Below are positions 40,793 through 50,813 of a stretch of DNA of 64,000 bases, one piece after another. The notes below the pieces were generated by a model, which did not search any database, was not told where the DNA came from, and was given only the letters and a program-made list of their open reading frames with translations. The position numbers and the translations under genes were made by a program. Source of the DNA: a bacterium (lineage in GTDB: Bacteria; Synergistota; GBS-1); contig JASKLF010000006.1 in assembly GCA_030153785.1 (NCBI GenBank), forward strand, positions 86,405-150,404. Reading direction: 5' to 3'. Within the stretch, counting starts at the first letter, position 1. Each line of letters begins with the position of its first letter.

Positions 40793-42063
40793 CCCAAATG
40801 GAAATGGCAAAAAGAGGCATAATATCCGAGGAAATGAAGAAAACCGCAAAAGAGGAAGGCATAGAGGCAGAAATAGTTAGAAAAAGAATTGCTGAAGGCA
40901 AGGCGGTAATCCCTGCAAATAAACTCCGCAAGCTTCAAAAGCCCATAATAGTAGGAGAGGGATTCAGCGTTAAAGTGAATGCAAATATTGGAACTTCCAA
41001 GGGTTTTTCCTCCTTAGAAGAAGAAAAAGAAAAAGCAAGGGTAGCCATCGAATACGGAGCTGATGCCTTAATGGTGCTATCCACATGGGGAGATTTAAAA
41101 GCTATAAGAAAAGCAATCATAGAAATCTCTCCCATTCCCGTAGGGTCCGTTCCCATTTATGATTCCGCAGTTAAAAGCTATGAGATCGGGAAAAATGTCG
41201 TTGATTTCTCTGAAAAAGACTTTTTAGAGATGGTTATAGATCATGCCAAAGATGGTATAGATTTCATGACCATACATGTAGGAGTCACGCAGAGGGTTTT
41301 AGAGTTTATAAGAAAATCAAAGAGGACTTTAAAGATCGTTAGCCGTGGTGGAAGTATAATAGCCGGTTGGATGTTAAAAAATAAAAAAGAAAATCCCTTC
41401 TACAAATACTTTGACGAATTACTGGGCATAGCAAAGGAATATGACATCACACTAAGCCTTGGTGATGGAATGAGACCTGGAGCTATCGTAGATGCAAGCG
41501 ACTCACAACAATTTGAGGAGCTATTTGTCTTGGGAGAACTTGTAGAAAAAGCCAGAAAAAAAGACGTTCAGGTGATGATAGAAGGACCTGGGCACCTCCC
41601 GCTAAACGAGATAGAAATGAATGTGAAGCTTATGAAAAAAGCTGGAAAAGGAGCACCTATCTTTCTCTTGGGACCACTCCCTACAGATAGAGCCATGGGA
41701 TATGACCATATAGCCTCTGCAGTGGGAGGGGCATTAGCAGGATATCTTGGAGCAGATTTTCTTTGCTATGTTACCCCCTCTGAACACATCTCTTTACCCA
41801 CAATAGAAGATGTAAGAGAAGGCGTTATAGCCTCAAAAATAGCAGCTACCATCGCAGATGTAGCAAGGGGAAATGTAAATGCCTGGAAATTAGAAAGGGA
41901 AATGGCCATCGCCAGAAAGGAATTTAACTGGGAAAAGATGTTTAGGCTTTCCATCGCGGGTAAAATTGCAAAAGAAAAACATTCCAAACGTCCATACGGT
42001 GGAGATGGGTGTTCTATGTGTGGCCCATTTTGCGCTATAAAAATAGCGGAGGAATGTTTATGA
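40789..42063 (+). CDS. thiC: phosphomethylpyrimidine synthase
   Basis: [44 protein letters not shown]. Confidence 0.97.
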   Translation: MTQMEMAKRGIISEEMKKTAKEEGIEAEIVRKRIAEGKAVIPANKLRKLQKPIIVGEGFSVKVNANIGTSKGFSSLEEEKEKARVAIEYGADALMVLSTWGDLKAIRKAIIEISPIPVGSVPIYDSAVKSYEIGKNVVDFSEKDFLEMVIDHAKDGIDFMTIHVGVTQRVLEFIRKSKRTLKIVSRGGSIIAGWMLKNKKENPFYKYFDELLGIAKEYDITLSLGDGMRPGAIVDASDSQQFEELFVLGELVEKARKKDVQVMIEGPGHLPLNEIEMNVKLMKKAGKGAPIFLLGPLPTDRAMGYDHIASAVGGALAGYLGADFLCYVTPSEHISLPTIEDVREGVIASKIAATIADVARGNVNAWKLEREMAIARKEFNWEKMFRLSIAGKIAKEKHSKRPYGGDGCSMCGPFCAIKIAEECL

Positions 42064-42076
42064 TAAAATTTTATTG

Positions 42077-43000
42077 ATGGGTTTTAACCAATGGCTGCTT
42101 AAAAAAATATATCCCAAGGAAAACCCAAATAGAAAATCTATAGGATATCTCGAAGGATGGATAAGCATCGGCGGTAATATAGCACTTTTCTCATTTAAGC
42201 TGATAGCCGGCCTTTACTTAAACAGCATCTCCCTGATAGCCGATGCTTTTCACTCTCTTTCCGATGTATTAACTTCCGGAATAGTCATTTTAGGATTTAA
42301 ACTCGGAAATAAACCCCCCGATGAAAAACATCCGTTCGGACACGGTCGAGCAGAGCAAATTGCCACGATCTTCATAGCCTTTCTCTTACTCTTGGTAGCA
42401 TACGACTTAGGGAAAAGCTCTATCAAAAGAATATTAAATCCCCAAGCGGTAGAATTTAATCCATACATTTTTATTGCACTTATATTATCCGCCTTGTTTA
42501 AAGAATGGATGGCCAGATTTTCTAACTTTTTGGGGAGTAAAATTAACTCGCAAGCATTAATAGCGGACGCTTGGCATCACAGAAGCGATGCCATTGCAAC
42601 GCTCCTTGTATGTCTAAGTTTACTATTGGCCAAATTTAACCTATTCAAAGTAGACGGAATAATAGGATTAATAGTTTCTGGCTTCGTTGCCTGGGTCGGT
42701 ATAGACATAGCCAAAAACTCTTCAAGCTTTCTCATGGGAGAAAGCCCAGACCAAAAGCTAATAGATCAGATTAAGAATATAATTTCCTCCACTCCAGGGG
42801 CTTTAGATTGCCACGACCTTTCTGTTCACGACTACTCTAACAGCAAATTCATAACCTTACACATTGAGGTAAAGAAAGACCTTCCAACCACCGAAGCCCA
42901 CTCAATTGCGTTGAAAGTTCAGAAGGCTATCCAAGAGAAAATTCCCGAAGCGACAGTAATAGTTCATATAGATCCCGAGGGAGAAAAGGAAGAAAGTTAG
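42077..43000 (+). CDS. cation diffusion facilitator family transporter
   Basis: ADAFHSLSD, HPFGHGR.E, ADAWHHRSD, VHIDP. Confidence 0.94.
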   Translation: MGFNQWLLKKIYPKENPNRKSIGYLEGWISIGGNIALFSFKLIAGLYLNSISLIADAFHSLSDVLTSGIVILGFKLGNKPPDEKHPFGHGRAEQIATIFIAFLLLLVAYDLGKSSIKRILNPQAVEFNPYIFIALILSALFKEWMARFSNFLGSKINSQALIADAWHHRSDAIATLLVCLSLLLAKFNLFKVDGIIGLIVSGFVAWVGIDIAKNSSSFLMGESPDQKLIDQIKNIISSTPGALDCHDLSVHDYSNSKFITLHIEVKKDLPTTEAHSIALKVQKAIQEKIPEATVIVHIDPEGEKEES

Positions 43001-44332
43001 CTAATCTAAAAAACGGTCCACAAAGTCTTTAAGAACCCCTTTAAGGGTTAGCCTTCCAACTTCCTCAAGCTCATACTTAACTCTTACTGCAGGCTTATTA
43101 ATTTTCATAAATTTTCTAATATCGACAGGGGTACCCACTATAACCAGATCGGCTGGGGTTCTATTTATGGTTTCTTCCAGCTCTTGGATCTGGAGCTTAC
43201 TATATCCCATAGCGGGTAAAACATTACCAAGATGAGGATAGTTCTTATAAACTTCCATTATCGAACCAAGAGCATAAGGACGAGGATCAACTATTTCCAT
43301 TGCTCCGAATCTTAAAGCAGCTATGTACCCTGCTCCATAACTCATTCCACCATGCGTTAATGTAGGACCATCCTCCATCACCAGGACTTTTTTCCCTCTT
43401 ATTAAGTCAGGATTTTCAGGGAAAATGGTAGAATAAGCCTCTATAACCAATGCTCTTGGATTAACCCTGTTTATGTTATCACGCACAATCTTCAAATGCT
43501 CCTCTTTAGCAGTATCCATCTTGTTAATAACGATAACGTCCGCACACCTAAAGTTAGTTTCCCCAGGATGATAAGTTAACTCGTGACCCGGTCTATGGGG
43601 GTCAACAACTACTATCCAAAGGTCTGGCTTAAAGAATGGGAAATCGTTATTCCCGCCATCCCAAAGAATGATATCAGATTCCCTTTCGGCTTCTTTCAAT
43701 ATAAGCTCGTAATCAACGCCTGCATAAACTGGAACTCCACGCTCGATATAAGGCTCGAATTCTTCCATTTCTTCTATGGTGCAATCGTATTTTCGAAGGT
43801 CGTCAAAGTGAACAAACTTCTGAACGATCTGCCTTCTCAAATCACCATATGGCATGGGATGTCTCACAACCCCCACTTTGTATCCAAACTCTAAAAGCAA
43901 AGAGGCCACTTTGCGACTTGTCTGGCTTTTGCCACACCCCGTTCTCACAGCCGTTACAGCCACAACAGGTTTTTTGGACCTTAGCATTGTACTCTTTGGA
44001 CCAAGAAGCCAGAAGTCAGCACCAGCAGAATGAGCCCTACTTGCAAGATGCATAACATGTTCGTGAGAAACGTCGGAATAAGCAAAAACTACGATATCCA
44101 CACCCCTTTCCCTAACTATCTCCTCAAGCTTATCTTCACTTAATACAGGTATTCCTTCCGGGTAAAGGTTTCCCGCAAGCTCCGAAGGGTAAATCCTATC
44201 CTCTATATCGGGTATTTGGGAGGCCGTAAACGCCACCACCTCATATTCAGGGTTGTCACGGAAAAAAACATTGAAGTTATGGAAATCCCTACCAGCAGCC
44301 CCCAGTATAAGAACCTTTTTCCTAACTCCCAT
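43001..44332 (-). CDS. cyclic-2,3-DPG-synthetase-like P-loop NTPase; probable arginine synthetase (ArcE-like)
   Basis: GAAGRDFHNFN, AVRTGCGKSQTSR, RHPMPYGDL, WDGGNND, EDGPTLTHGGM. Start placed at ATG 44332. Confidence 0.75.
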   Translation of the reverse strand: MGVRKKVLILGAAGRDFHNFNVFFRDNPEYEVVAFTASQIPDIEDRIYPSELAGNLYPEGIPVLSEDKLEEIVRERGVDIVVFAYSDVSHEHVMHLASRAHSAGADFWLLGPKSTMLRSKKPVVAVTAVRTGCGKSQTSRKVASLLLEFGYKVGVVRHPMPYGDLRRQIVQKFVHFDDLRKYDCTIEEMEEFEPYIERGVPVYAGVDYELILKEAERESDIILWDGGNNDFPFFKPDLWIVVVDPHRPGHELTYHPGETNFRCADVIVINKMDTAKEEHLKIVRDNINRVNPRALVIEAYSTIFPENPDLIRGKKVLVMEDGPTLTHGGMSYGAGYIAALRFGAMEIVDPRPYALGSIMEVYKNYPHLGNVLPAMGYSKLQIQELEETINRTPADLVIVGTPVDIRKFMKINKPAVRVKYELEEVGRLTLKGVLKDFVDRFLD

Positions 44333-45728
44333 CCCAATCCCCCTCCTGAGCAAGCCTCAAGTTCCCCCTTGCAAGCGAGGCCAATATGGCAAGCAAGCAC
44401 AGCACCGTAAATATGAGAAATAGCTGCTTTAAGCTTATTAAAAAATAAGGGTACTTATCAGGCGTAATTTGAACTCTGCCAATATGTAAAGAGAAAACCA
44501 ACATAACTATTCCCATACTAAACATCTGACCTATCAAGCGCATCGTAGCCACCATACCAGAAGCCACACCATACAGTTTCCTTTCAACGGATCCCATAAT
44601 AGCGCTTGTATTGGGGGAAGAAAAGAATGCAAAGCCAATCCCCAAAACAATCAATGAGCCGATAATGTATTTTATCTGGGTTTCCCCATCAATGAAGCTC
44701 AATAAAAATAGACCACAAGCGGTCACGCCCATGCCTAAAGATGCTATAATTCTGGGCTCTTTCTTATCGGAAAGCTTCCCCGCAAAGGGAGAAAGTAGCG
44801 ACATCATAAGCGGTTGGAAAATAAGAACGGAACCGGCAACACGAGGATTCAAACCTTTCATATACTGTAAGTATAAACTTAAAAGAAAGGTCACGGCAAA
44901 AGTTGCACTATAGTGAATTAAAGCCGCCAAGCTCGAAAAGGTAAAAACACGATTGCTTCTAAACAAGGAAACATTAAGAAGAGGATCCTTCACCTTGGTC
45001 TCCCACCACAAAAACACGCCTAAAAGTAGCATCCCAAGAAAGAGAAAAACTTTCCCCTCATTCTCAGTTATATGAGAGAAACCATACATTGTAAAAACTA
45101 TTAACCCACTATAAAGTAAAAAACCGGGAACATCGAAACTTTCCCCTTTTGCCTCCGCCCACTCCACCTTCACCCTTTTTGAAGAGAGCAAAGCCAGAAA
45201 CAGGCTTAAAAAGGCACCAATAAAGAATATGGCCCTCCAACCCAAGTAATAGGTTATATAACCTCCAAGAAAAGGCCCTGCGGAAAGTCCAGCATAGGTA
45301 GAGCTCACACCCAAGCCTAGAACCTTTCCTCTCTCCTGAGGAGGAGAAATAGAAGTCAAAATAGCTATATTAGTGGCGAAAATCATGGAACCAGCGATCC
45401 CTTGTAGCACACGAAAAGCTATTAAAAAATAAGGGTTGAGGGATAGCCCACATAAAAGGGAAGAAACAGCGTAACCGAAAAGACCTAAAATAAAGATTTT
45501 TCTTCTACCATGTATATCCGCAAGCCTACCAAAGGGAATAGTAAGCATTGCAGATGTCATGATATAAGCTGTAGCAATCCAACTCAACAAAATAGCACCC
45601 ATTTGAAACTCCTTCCCTATTGTAGGCAAAGCAATATTAATAGAAGATACCATGAAAGGGACAATAAAGGAGGTTAAAACAGCAATCAGCAGTACAATCT
45701 TTTTATCGATCTCTTCGCTCAAGGCCAT
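44322..45728 (-). CDS. MFS transporter (DHA2-type, about 14 TM)
   Basis: GRLADIHGRR, RVLQG, ERGK, FSSPN motifs. Confidence 0.92.
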   Translation of the reverse strand: MALSEEIDKKIVLLIAVLTSFIVPFMVSSINIALPTIGKEFQMGAILLSWIATAYIMTSAMLTIPFGRLADIHGRRKIFILGLFGYAVSSLLCGLSLNPYFLIAFRVLQGIAGSMIFATNIAILTSISPPQERGKVLGLGVSSTYAGLSAGPFLGGYITYYLGWRAIFFIGAFLSLFLALLSSKRVKVEWAEAKGESFDVPGFLLYSGLIVFTMYGFSHITENEGKVFLFLGMLLLGVFLWWETKVKDPLLNVSLFRSNRVFTFSSLAALIHYSATFAVTFLLSLYLQYMKGLNPRVAGSVLIFQPLMMSLLSPFAGKLSDKKEPRIIASLGMGVTACGLFLLSFIDGETQIKYIIGSLIVLGIGFAFFSSPNTSAIMGSVERKLYGVASGMVATMRLIGQMFSMGIVMLVFSLHIGRVQITPDKYPYFLISLKQLFLIFTVLCLLAILASLARGNLRLAQEGDWDGS

Positions 45729-45754
45729 CCCTCCTTTTTAAGCAGTTTAAAAGC

Positions 45755-47680
45755 TCAAGCAGTTTCGCGCAACACCTCTCCATTAAGGGAACGCAACCCT
45801 AAACGTCGCTCAGCCGCCTCCAAAATAGCCTTTAACATGCCTGAATAGGAAAGGCCAGCAAATTTGGCCATCTTAGCTAAATGCCCATCCCAGCACCACC
45901 CGGGGCTAGGATTAACCTCCAGCAATCTTGGAACCCCTCGAGCGTCAAGCCTCCAATCAAATCTACAATAGTCCCTTGCCTCTAATCTCTCAAATAACTT
46001 TAAGCAGCACTCTATAATAAACTTCTCGGTTTCCTCAGGCAAATTCGCGGGCACAGACTTTATGTTCCAATAGGGAGATTCCGGCAACCACTTAGCTTCA
46101 TAACCACAAATAGGTGGAAGACCAGGCGGAAGAACAGAATAATCTTCCTCTGTAATCGGCAAAACCATGTAGCTTCCAGGCGGGTTTCCTATAATACCTA
46201 CGCTCAAGTCGCTACCGGTTAAAAACTCCTCCACCAAAATCGGTTTATCATAGCCAAATTTTTCTCTTATCTCCAATATGGCATTTATTAGCCCCTCAAC
46301 ATCATTAGCCACGCTTCTCTGAGTTATGCCAAAACTAGAATCGCCAAAGTTAGGCTTAACTATTACAGGAAAGCTAAAAGGAAGCTCAAAGGAAGTATCC
46401 TCCGGTTTGATGAAAAAAGCCTCAGGCACAGGAATTCCCATTTCCTTAGCCACACCACGCACCAAGGATTTATCATAACAGTAAGCAAGACACTGCGGAC
46501 CAGCACCGGTATAAGGTATATCAAGCATTTCCAGAAGCGCAGGAATATGAAGTTCTTTTCGCGGATCGTTATTGAATCCCTCATCACAGAGGTTAAAAAC
46601 GAAATCTATCTTACCCTTAAGCTTCAGAAGGTCATGTATTAGGGTATTGTGATTATCAAGGTATATAAAATTGTAGTCACTAAGTTCCCTTAGTGCCTCC
46701 TTCATTTTGTTAATAGTGTAAATATCATCGTCATCAAACACGCCAGAAGGCTTCAAAGGATCAACCTTCCTAGGGTCGCCTAACAGTACAGCTACTACAG
46801 GGATCCTCTCTTTTCTTCTCCTCCTTACAGGTGTCCATTCCTTCTTAGCAACCGCAGTTATAATTATTCTTCGCTCCATCATTCCTAAGTCCTGATTTCT
46901 CTGAGACATGGACCTGACCTCTCCATGGATCGTTATATCACTAAAGCCAGCAGCGCTCAGTATCTCTTTCAAGCTTTCACGAGTATAGAGTCTTTCCGCA
47001 TAAAACTGATCCGCTATAACTCCCCTTTCCACATGAGTTACAACTTCACGAGAAATTAACCGTTGCTTATCCCACGATAAAGAACGTTCCCTACACACAA
47101 AATGCTTCCTATCTATCCACTCCCAAGACCTCGCCTGAAAATTATTGCGAAGATACTCCCCATCAGCCACATCTATGAGAATTCGCCCTTGGGGCTTAAG
47201 AACCCTAAAAACCTCCTTTAAAACTCTAATATCGTCTTGAACCGTCTCGAAATAACCAAAGCTGTTACCAAGAAGCATAACCACATCGAAACTATCTGCT
47301 TGATAAGGCAACTTACGAGCATCTCCCTCTCTAAACTTCACATTCAGGCCTTCCCTTTTGGCTCTTGATTTGGCCTTCTGAATTAGATAGTGCGAACGGT
47401 CCAATCCTTCCACGTTTTTAAACCCTCTCCTTGCAAGCTCAAGAGAGTGCCTTCCTTGTCCACAACAAAGGTCCAATATCCTCTCATTTTGAGAAAGCTT
47501 TAAAACTTCAATAAAAAGGTCAACTTCAGCCTTCGTAATACCCTTGTCCTCAACCACATCAGCATCGGTTTTCAGATACATAGAGTTAAATATTCTCCGC
47601 CACCAATCAGGGTGAACATGTTCCTCGAGATCATCAACGGGACCTAGAACTTTTCTCTGTTTCTCATGCTTCTTCTCCAT
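45755..47680 (-). CDS. class I SAM methyltransferase fused to a D-Ala-D-Ala-ligase-like ATP-grasp domain
   Basis: N-terminal LDLCCGQGRH, GLDRS, GDAR; C-terminal IPYTG, DK, IVKP...SS.GI, VEEFL, RFD.R, LEVNPSPG. Confidence 0.88.
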   Translation of the reverse strand: MEKKHEKQRKVLGPVDDLEEHVHPDWWRRIFNSMYLKTDADVVEDKGITKAEVDLFIEVLKLSQNERILDLCCGQGRHSLELARRGFKNVEGLDRSHYLIQKAKSRAKREGLNVKFREGDARKLPYQADSFDVVMLLGNSFGYFETVQDDIRVLKEVFRVLKPQGRILIDVADGEYLRNNFQARSWEWIDRKHFVCRERSLSWDKQRLISREVVTHVERGVIADQFYAERLYTRESLKEILSAAGFSDITIHGEVRSMSQRNQDLGMMERRIIITAVAKKEWTPVRRRRKERIPVVAVLLGDPRKVDPLKPSGVFDDDDIYTINKMKEALRELSDYNFIYLDNHNTLIHDLLKLKGKIDFVFNLCDEGFNNDPRKELHIPALLEMLDIPYTGAGPQCLAYCYDKSLVRGVAKEMGIPVPEAFFIKPEDTSFELPFSFPVIVKPNFGDSSFGITQRSVANDVEGLINAILEIREKFGYDKPILVEEFLTGSDLSVGIIGNPPGSYMVLPITEEDYSVLPPGLPPICGYEAKWLPESPYWNIKSVPANLPEETEKFIIECCLKLFERLEARDYCRFDWRLDARGVPRLLEVNPSPGWCWDGHLAKMAKFAGLSYSGMLKAILEAAERRLGLRSLNGEVLRETA

Positions 47681-47725
47681 TTAAAAGTCACTCTCCTCAC
47701 GAGTTTTATATTACTATATCATCAT

Positions 47726-49078
47726 TTAGATACCAAGCATTATTGTTGCTATACCGAGATAAATCCCCGTACCAATAATATCCGCAAGAGTGGTAATAAG
47801 CGGCATACTTGCAGCTGCCGGATCTTTCTTTAAACTAACAAAAATAAACGGTAACAAAACCCCTGCAATACTGCCAACAATAACGTTTACAACCATAGAC
47901 AAAACGACAACCATGCATATCTCAAGACTTCCACTTCTTATTATACCCATTATAGAAATCCCCAAACCCATTATTATCCCCAAAGCGCTTGCAATTAATA
48001 ATTCCCTACCAAGTAAATACAGCCAGTCCCTTAAACGCACCGTCTCAAGTGCAAGTGCCCTTATTACAAGAGTTGCGGCTTGAGTCCCAGCATTTCCAGC
48101 GGTATCAACTAAAACGGGAAGGAAAGTCACAAGAACAACATATCTTGAGATGGTTTCTTCAAAAGACTGTATTATGCTCCCCGTAACAAAATCCATTATA
48201 AGAAGGATTGCAAGCCAGGTAAGCCGGCTTCTCAAAATCTTTCTTATAGGAGCTTCCTTCAAGTTAGTGAGAAAACCTATATTCTCTGGAAGGGCTTCTA
48301 TGGCAGAATACTTGGCGAAATCTTCTGTGTGCTCTTCTTGCATAACATCTAAAAGGTCATCTATTGTAACTATACCTAAAAGATGCCCTTCCGCATCAGT
48401 AACCGGAAGAGCTATTAAGTTATACTTTCTTGCTAACTTTATTGCCTCCTCCTGATCTTTGTCAGCGGTAATAGAAACAACCTCAAAATCCATCACGGAT
48501 TCAACGATTTGATCAGGATCTGCCAAAAGGAGCTTTCTTATAGGCACATCATCAAGCAGCTTCCAGCTATCATCCACCACATAAACTATATCTATTGTCT
48601 CCGAATCTTTTCCCCATTCCCTGATATGCTCTAAAGCCTTACCAATGGTCCAGCTTCTCTTTATGGCAACATAGTCAGGGGTCATCAACCTTCCAACACT
48701 ATTTTCTGGATAACCTAAAAGCTGAAGAGCTTCCTTCCTTTCTTCGGGTGGCAATAGATTTAAAAGCCTTCTTAAAAGCCTTGGAGAGAGGTGCTCAAAT
48801 ATCCTTGTTCTCTCATCGGGGTCAAGCTCCTCTATCAGGGACTTTACATGGCTATCTGGCAGAGCCTTAAAGATATACTCCTGCATACCACTATCTAACT
48901 CGAAGAACACATCTGCTTGAAGATCAGGAGGTAATAATATCAAAACCAAAGGCCTATCCTTAGGATCAATCTCTCTGAACAATTCAGCAATATCAGGAGC
49001 TGACCAGGAGGATAATATCTCCTTTGCTCGTTTCCAATCCCTCTCCTCGATAGCTTGTATTGCTTCATCAAATCTCAA
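47726..49078 (-). CDS. mgtE: magnesium transporter MgtE
   Basis: MgtE N-domain, CBS pair, GNAGTQA, DPA...P.ITT..D. Confidence 0.94.
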   Translation of the reverse strand: MRFDEAIQAIEERDWKRAKEILSSWSAPDIAELFREIDPKDRPLVLILLPPDLQADVFFELDSGMQEYIFKALPDSHVKSLIEELDPDERTRIFEHLSPRLLRRLLNLLPPEERKEALQLLGYPENSVGRLMTPDYVAIKRSWTIGKALEHIREWGKDSETIDIVYVVDDSWKLLDDVPIRKLLLADPDQIVESVMDFEVVSITADKDQEEAIKLARKYNLIALPVTDAEGHLLGIVTIDDLLDVMQEEHTEDFAKYSAIEALPENIGFLTNLKEAPIRKILRSRLTWLAILLIMDFVTGSIIQSFEETISRYVVLVTFLPVLVDTAGNAGTQAATLVIRALALETVRLRDWLYLLGRELLIASALGIIMGLGISIMGIIRSGSLEICMVVVLSMVVNVIVGSIAGVLLPFIFVSLKKDPAAASMPLITTLADIIGTGIYLGIATIMLGI

Positions 49079-49144
49079 ATTTTCTCTTACTATCCCACTA
49101 AAATCACCCCTTTCGAAAGTTGTTATCTGCTACCTCTCTAAAAA

Positions 49145-49570
49145 TTATCCCGCGCGCTTCCCTCCAAAAAACTCCTTAATCCACATTTTTATCTCGTCGC
49201 GCACCTTCCTAAAGGTATTCAATATCTCCTCTTCACCCCCAGTAACCTCTGAAGGATCTTCAAATCCCTTATGGATGTATTCCTTGCCCCCTGGGAAAAA
49301 CGGACAAGATTGGTGAGCTTTGTCACACACAGTAACAACATAATCAAATTCCTTCCCTAAAAACTCATTTAAATGTTTAGATTTATGATGCGAGATATCT
49401 ATTCCTATCTCAGCCATAACTCTTACAGCATAAGGATTAACAACCTTTGGTTCCGTACCTGCGCTGTAAGCTTCATACAAATCTCCATAAAGAGCATTAA
49501 GAAGCCCTTCTGCCATCTGAGACCTAGCCGAATTATGTGTACAAATAAATAAAACCCGCTTTTTGGCCAT
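49145..49570 (-). CDS. arsC: arsenate reductase (thioredoxin-coupled, LMW-PTP fold)
   Basis: CTHNSARSQMAE, VTVCD...CP, DP. Confidence 0.88.
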   Translation of the reverse strand: MAKKRVLFICTHNSARSQMAEGLLNALYGDLYEAYSAGTEPKVVNPYAVRVMAEIGIDISHHKSKHLNEFLGKEFDYVVTVCDKAHQSCPFFPGGKEYIHKGFEDPSEVTGGEEEILNTFRKVRDEIKMWIKEFFGGKRAG

Positions 49571-49595
49571 ATCTATTCTCCCCTCTTATTAAGGC

Positions 49596-49624
49596 TTGAC
49601 TCCATTTTAGCGCTTTTATAAAAT
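49596..49624 (+). promoter_or_regulatory. sigma-70 promoter, probably leaderless
   Basis: TTGACT-17 nt-TAAAAT ends 7 nt before ATG 49632; no SD. Confidence 0.65.
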
Positions 49625-49631
49625 AGCTTCC

Positions 49632-50813
49632 ATGAAAAGTAGAGTAATAATTAGTGAAAAAGCACGCCAAAAGGTTCTAAAAGGATTCTTATGGGTTTAC
49701 AGCAGTGAAGTCCTTACAATAGAAGGAGATCCCTCACCCGGAGAAATCATTGACATATACGATCAAAATAAAAGCTTCCTCGGTAAGGGATATCTAAACC
49801 CTCTATCTAAACTCGCCATAAGAATTTTAACAAGAAAGGACGAAGAAATAAATAGGGAATTTCTAAAAAGGCGTATCGTCAAAGCATGGGAATATAGGAG
49901 AAGATTGACCCACACTAACTCCTGCAGGATCGTCTTTAGTGAAGCTGACTTTTTGCCAGGCTTAATAGTGGACAAGTTCGAAGATATAATAGTAACCCAA
50001 TTCCTCACCTTGGGAATGGAAAAACTTAAAGAAATCATAATAGACATTTTATCCGAAATCTTTGCCCCCAAAGGCATATATGAAAGAAGCGATGTAGCAA
50101 CAAGAGAAAAGGAAGGATTACCTCCTATAAAGGGACCAATAAGGGGAAACTTTGACACCAAAATATTAATCGAAGAAAACGGCCTAAGAATATTGATAGA
50201 TATCGAGAACGGTCAAAAGACAGGCTATTTCCTCGACCAGAGGGAAAACAGAAAAGCACTACAGGGTTTGGTAAAAGACGCGGAAGTCTTAGATGTATTC
50301 TGCTACACAGGAAGCTTTACCCTACACGCCCTCAAATACGGCGCTAAAAAGGTAGTAGCTGTAGATTCGTCAAAAAGCGCTATAGAGCTCGCAAAAGAAA
50401 ATATAGAGATCAACGGTTTTATTGACAAAGTAGAGCTCATAGAAGACAACGCCTTCGACATCCTGAAAAAATTCCATAGGGAAAGAAGGACCTTCGACCT
50501 TGTAATATTAGATCCACCATCCTTTGTCAAAAACCCAAAAAACTTAGAAAGCGCGATAAAAGGCTATAAGGAAATAAATCTCAGAGCCATGAAACTATTA
50601 AAAGATGGTGGATTTCTAATCTCCTGCTCATGCTCTTACCATGTAACCCCAGAACGCTTTAAACAAATAATAGAGTCAGCCGCTTCCGACGCCAACAGAA
50701 TTTTAAGGCTCATAGAAATGAAATACCAGTCAAAAGATCATCCCATATTACTATCTCACCCTGAAACGCTATACCTTAAATGCGGGATTTACCAGGTTCT
50801 GAAGAAGCCCTGA
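49632..50813 (+). CDS. RlmI-family 23S rRNA m5C methyltransferase
   Basis: PUA N-terminus, EAD.LPGL.VD, GQKTGYFLDQRENR, LDPPSF, CSCS. Confidence 0.92.
   Translation: MKSRVIISEKARQKVLKGFLWVYSSEVLTIEGDPSPGEIIDIYDQNKSFLGKGYLNPLSKLAIRILTRKDEEINREFLKRRIVKAWEYRRRLTHTNSCRIVFSEADFLPGLIVDKFEDIIVTQFLTLGMEKLKEIIIDILSEIFAPKGIYERSDVATREKEGLPPIKGPIRGNFDTKILIEENGLRILIDIENGQKTGYFLDQRENRKALQGLVKDAEVLDVFCYTGSFTLHALKYGAKKVVAVDSSKSAIELAKENIEINGFIDKVELIEDNAFDILKKFHRERRTFDLVILDPPSFVKNPKNLESAIKGYKEINLRAMKLLKDGGFLISCSCSYHVTPERFKQIIESAASDANRILRLIEMKYQSKDHPILLSHPETLYLKCGIYQVLKKP

Noticed and set aside
45755..47680. Housekeeping ddl
   Set aside because: It is fused to a methyltransferase, lacks the GG.S.E N-terminal motif, and has no cell-wall gene context.
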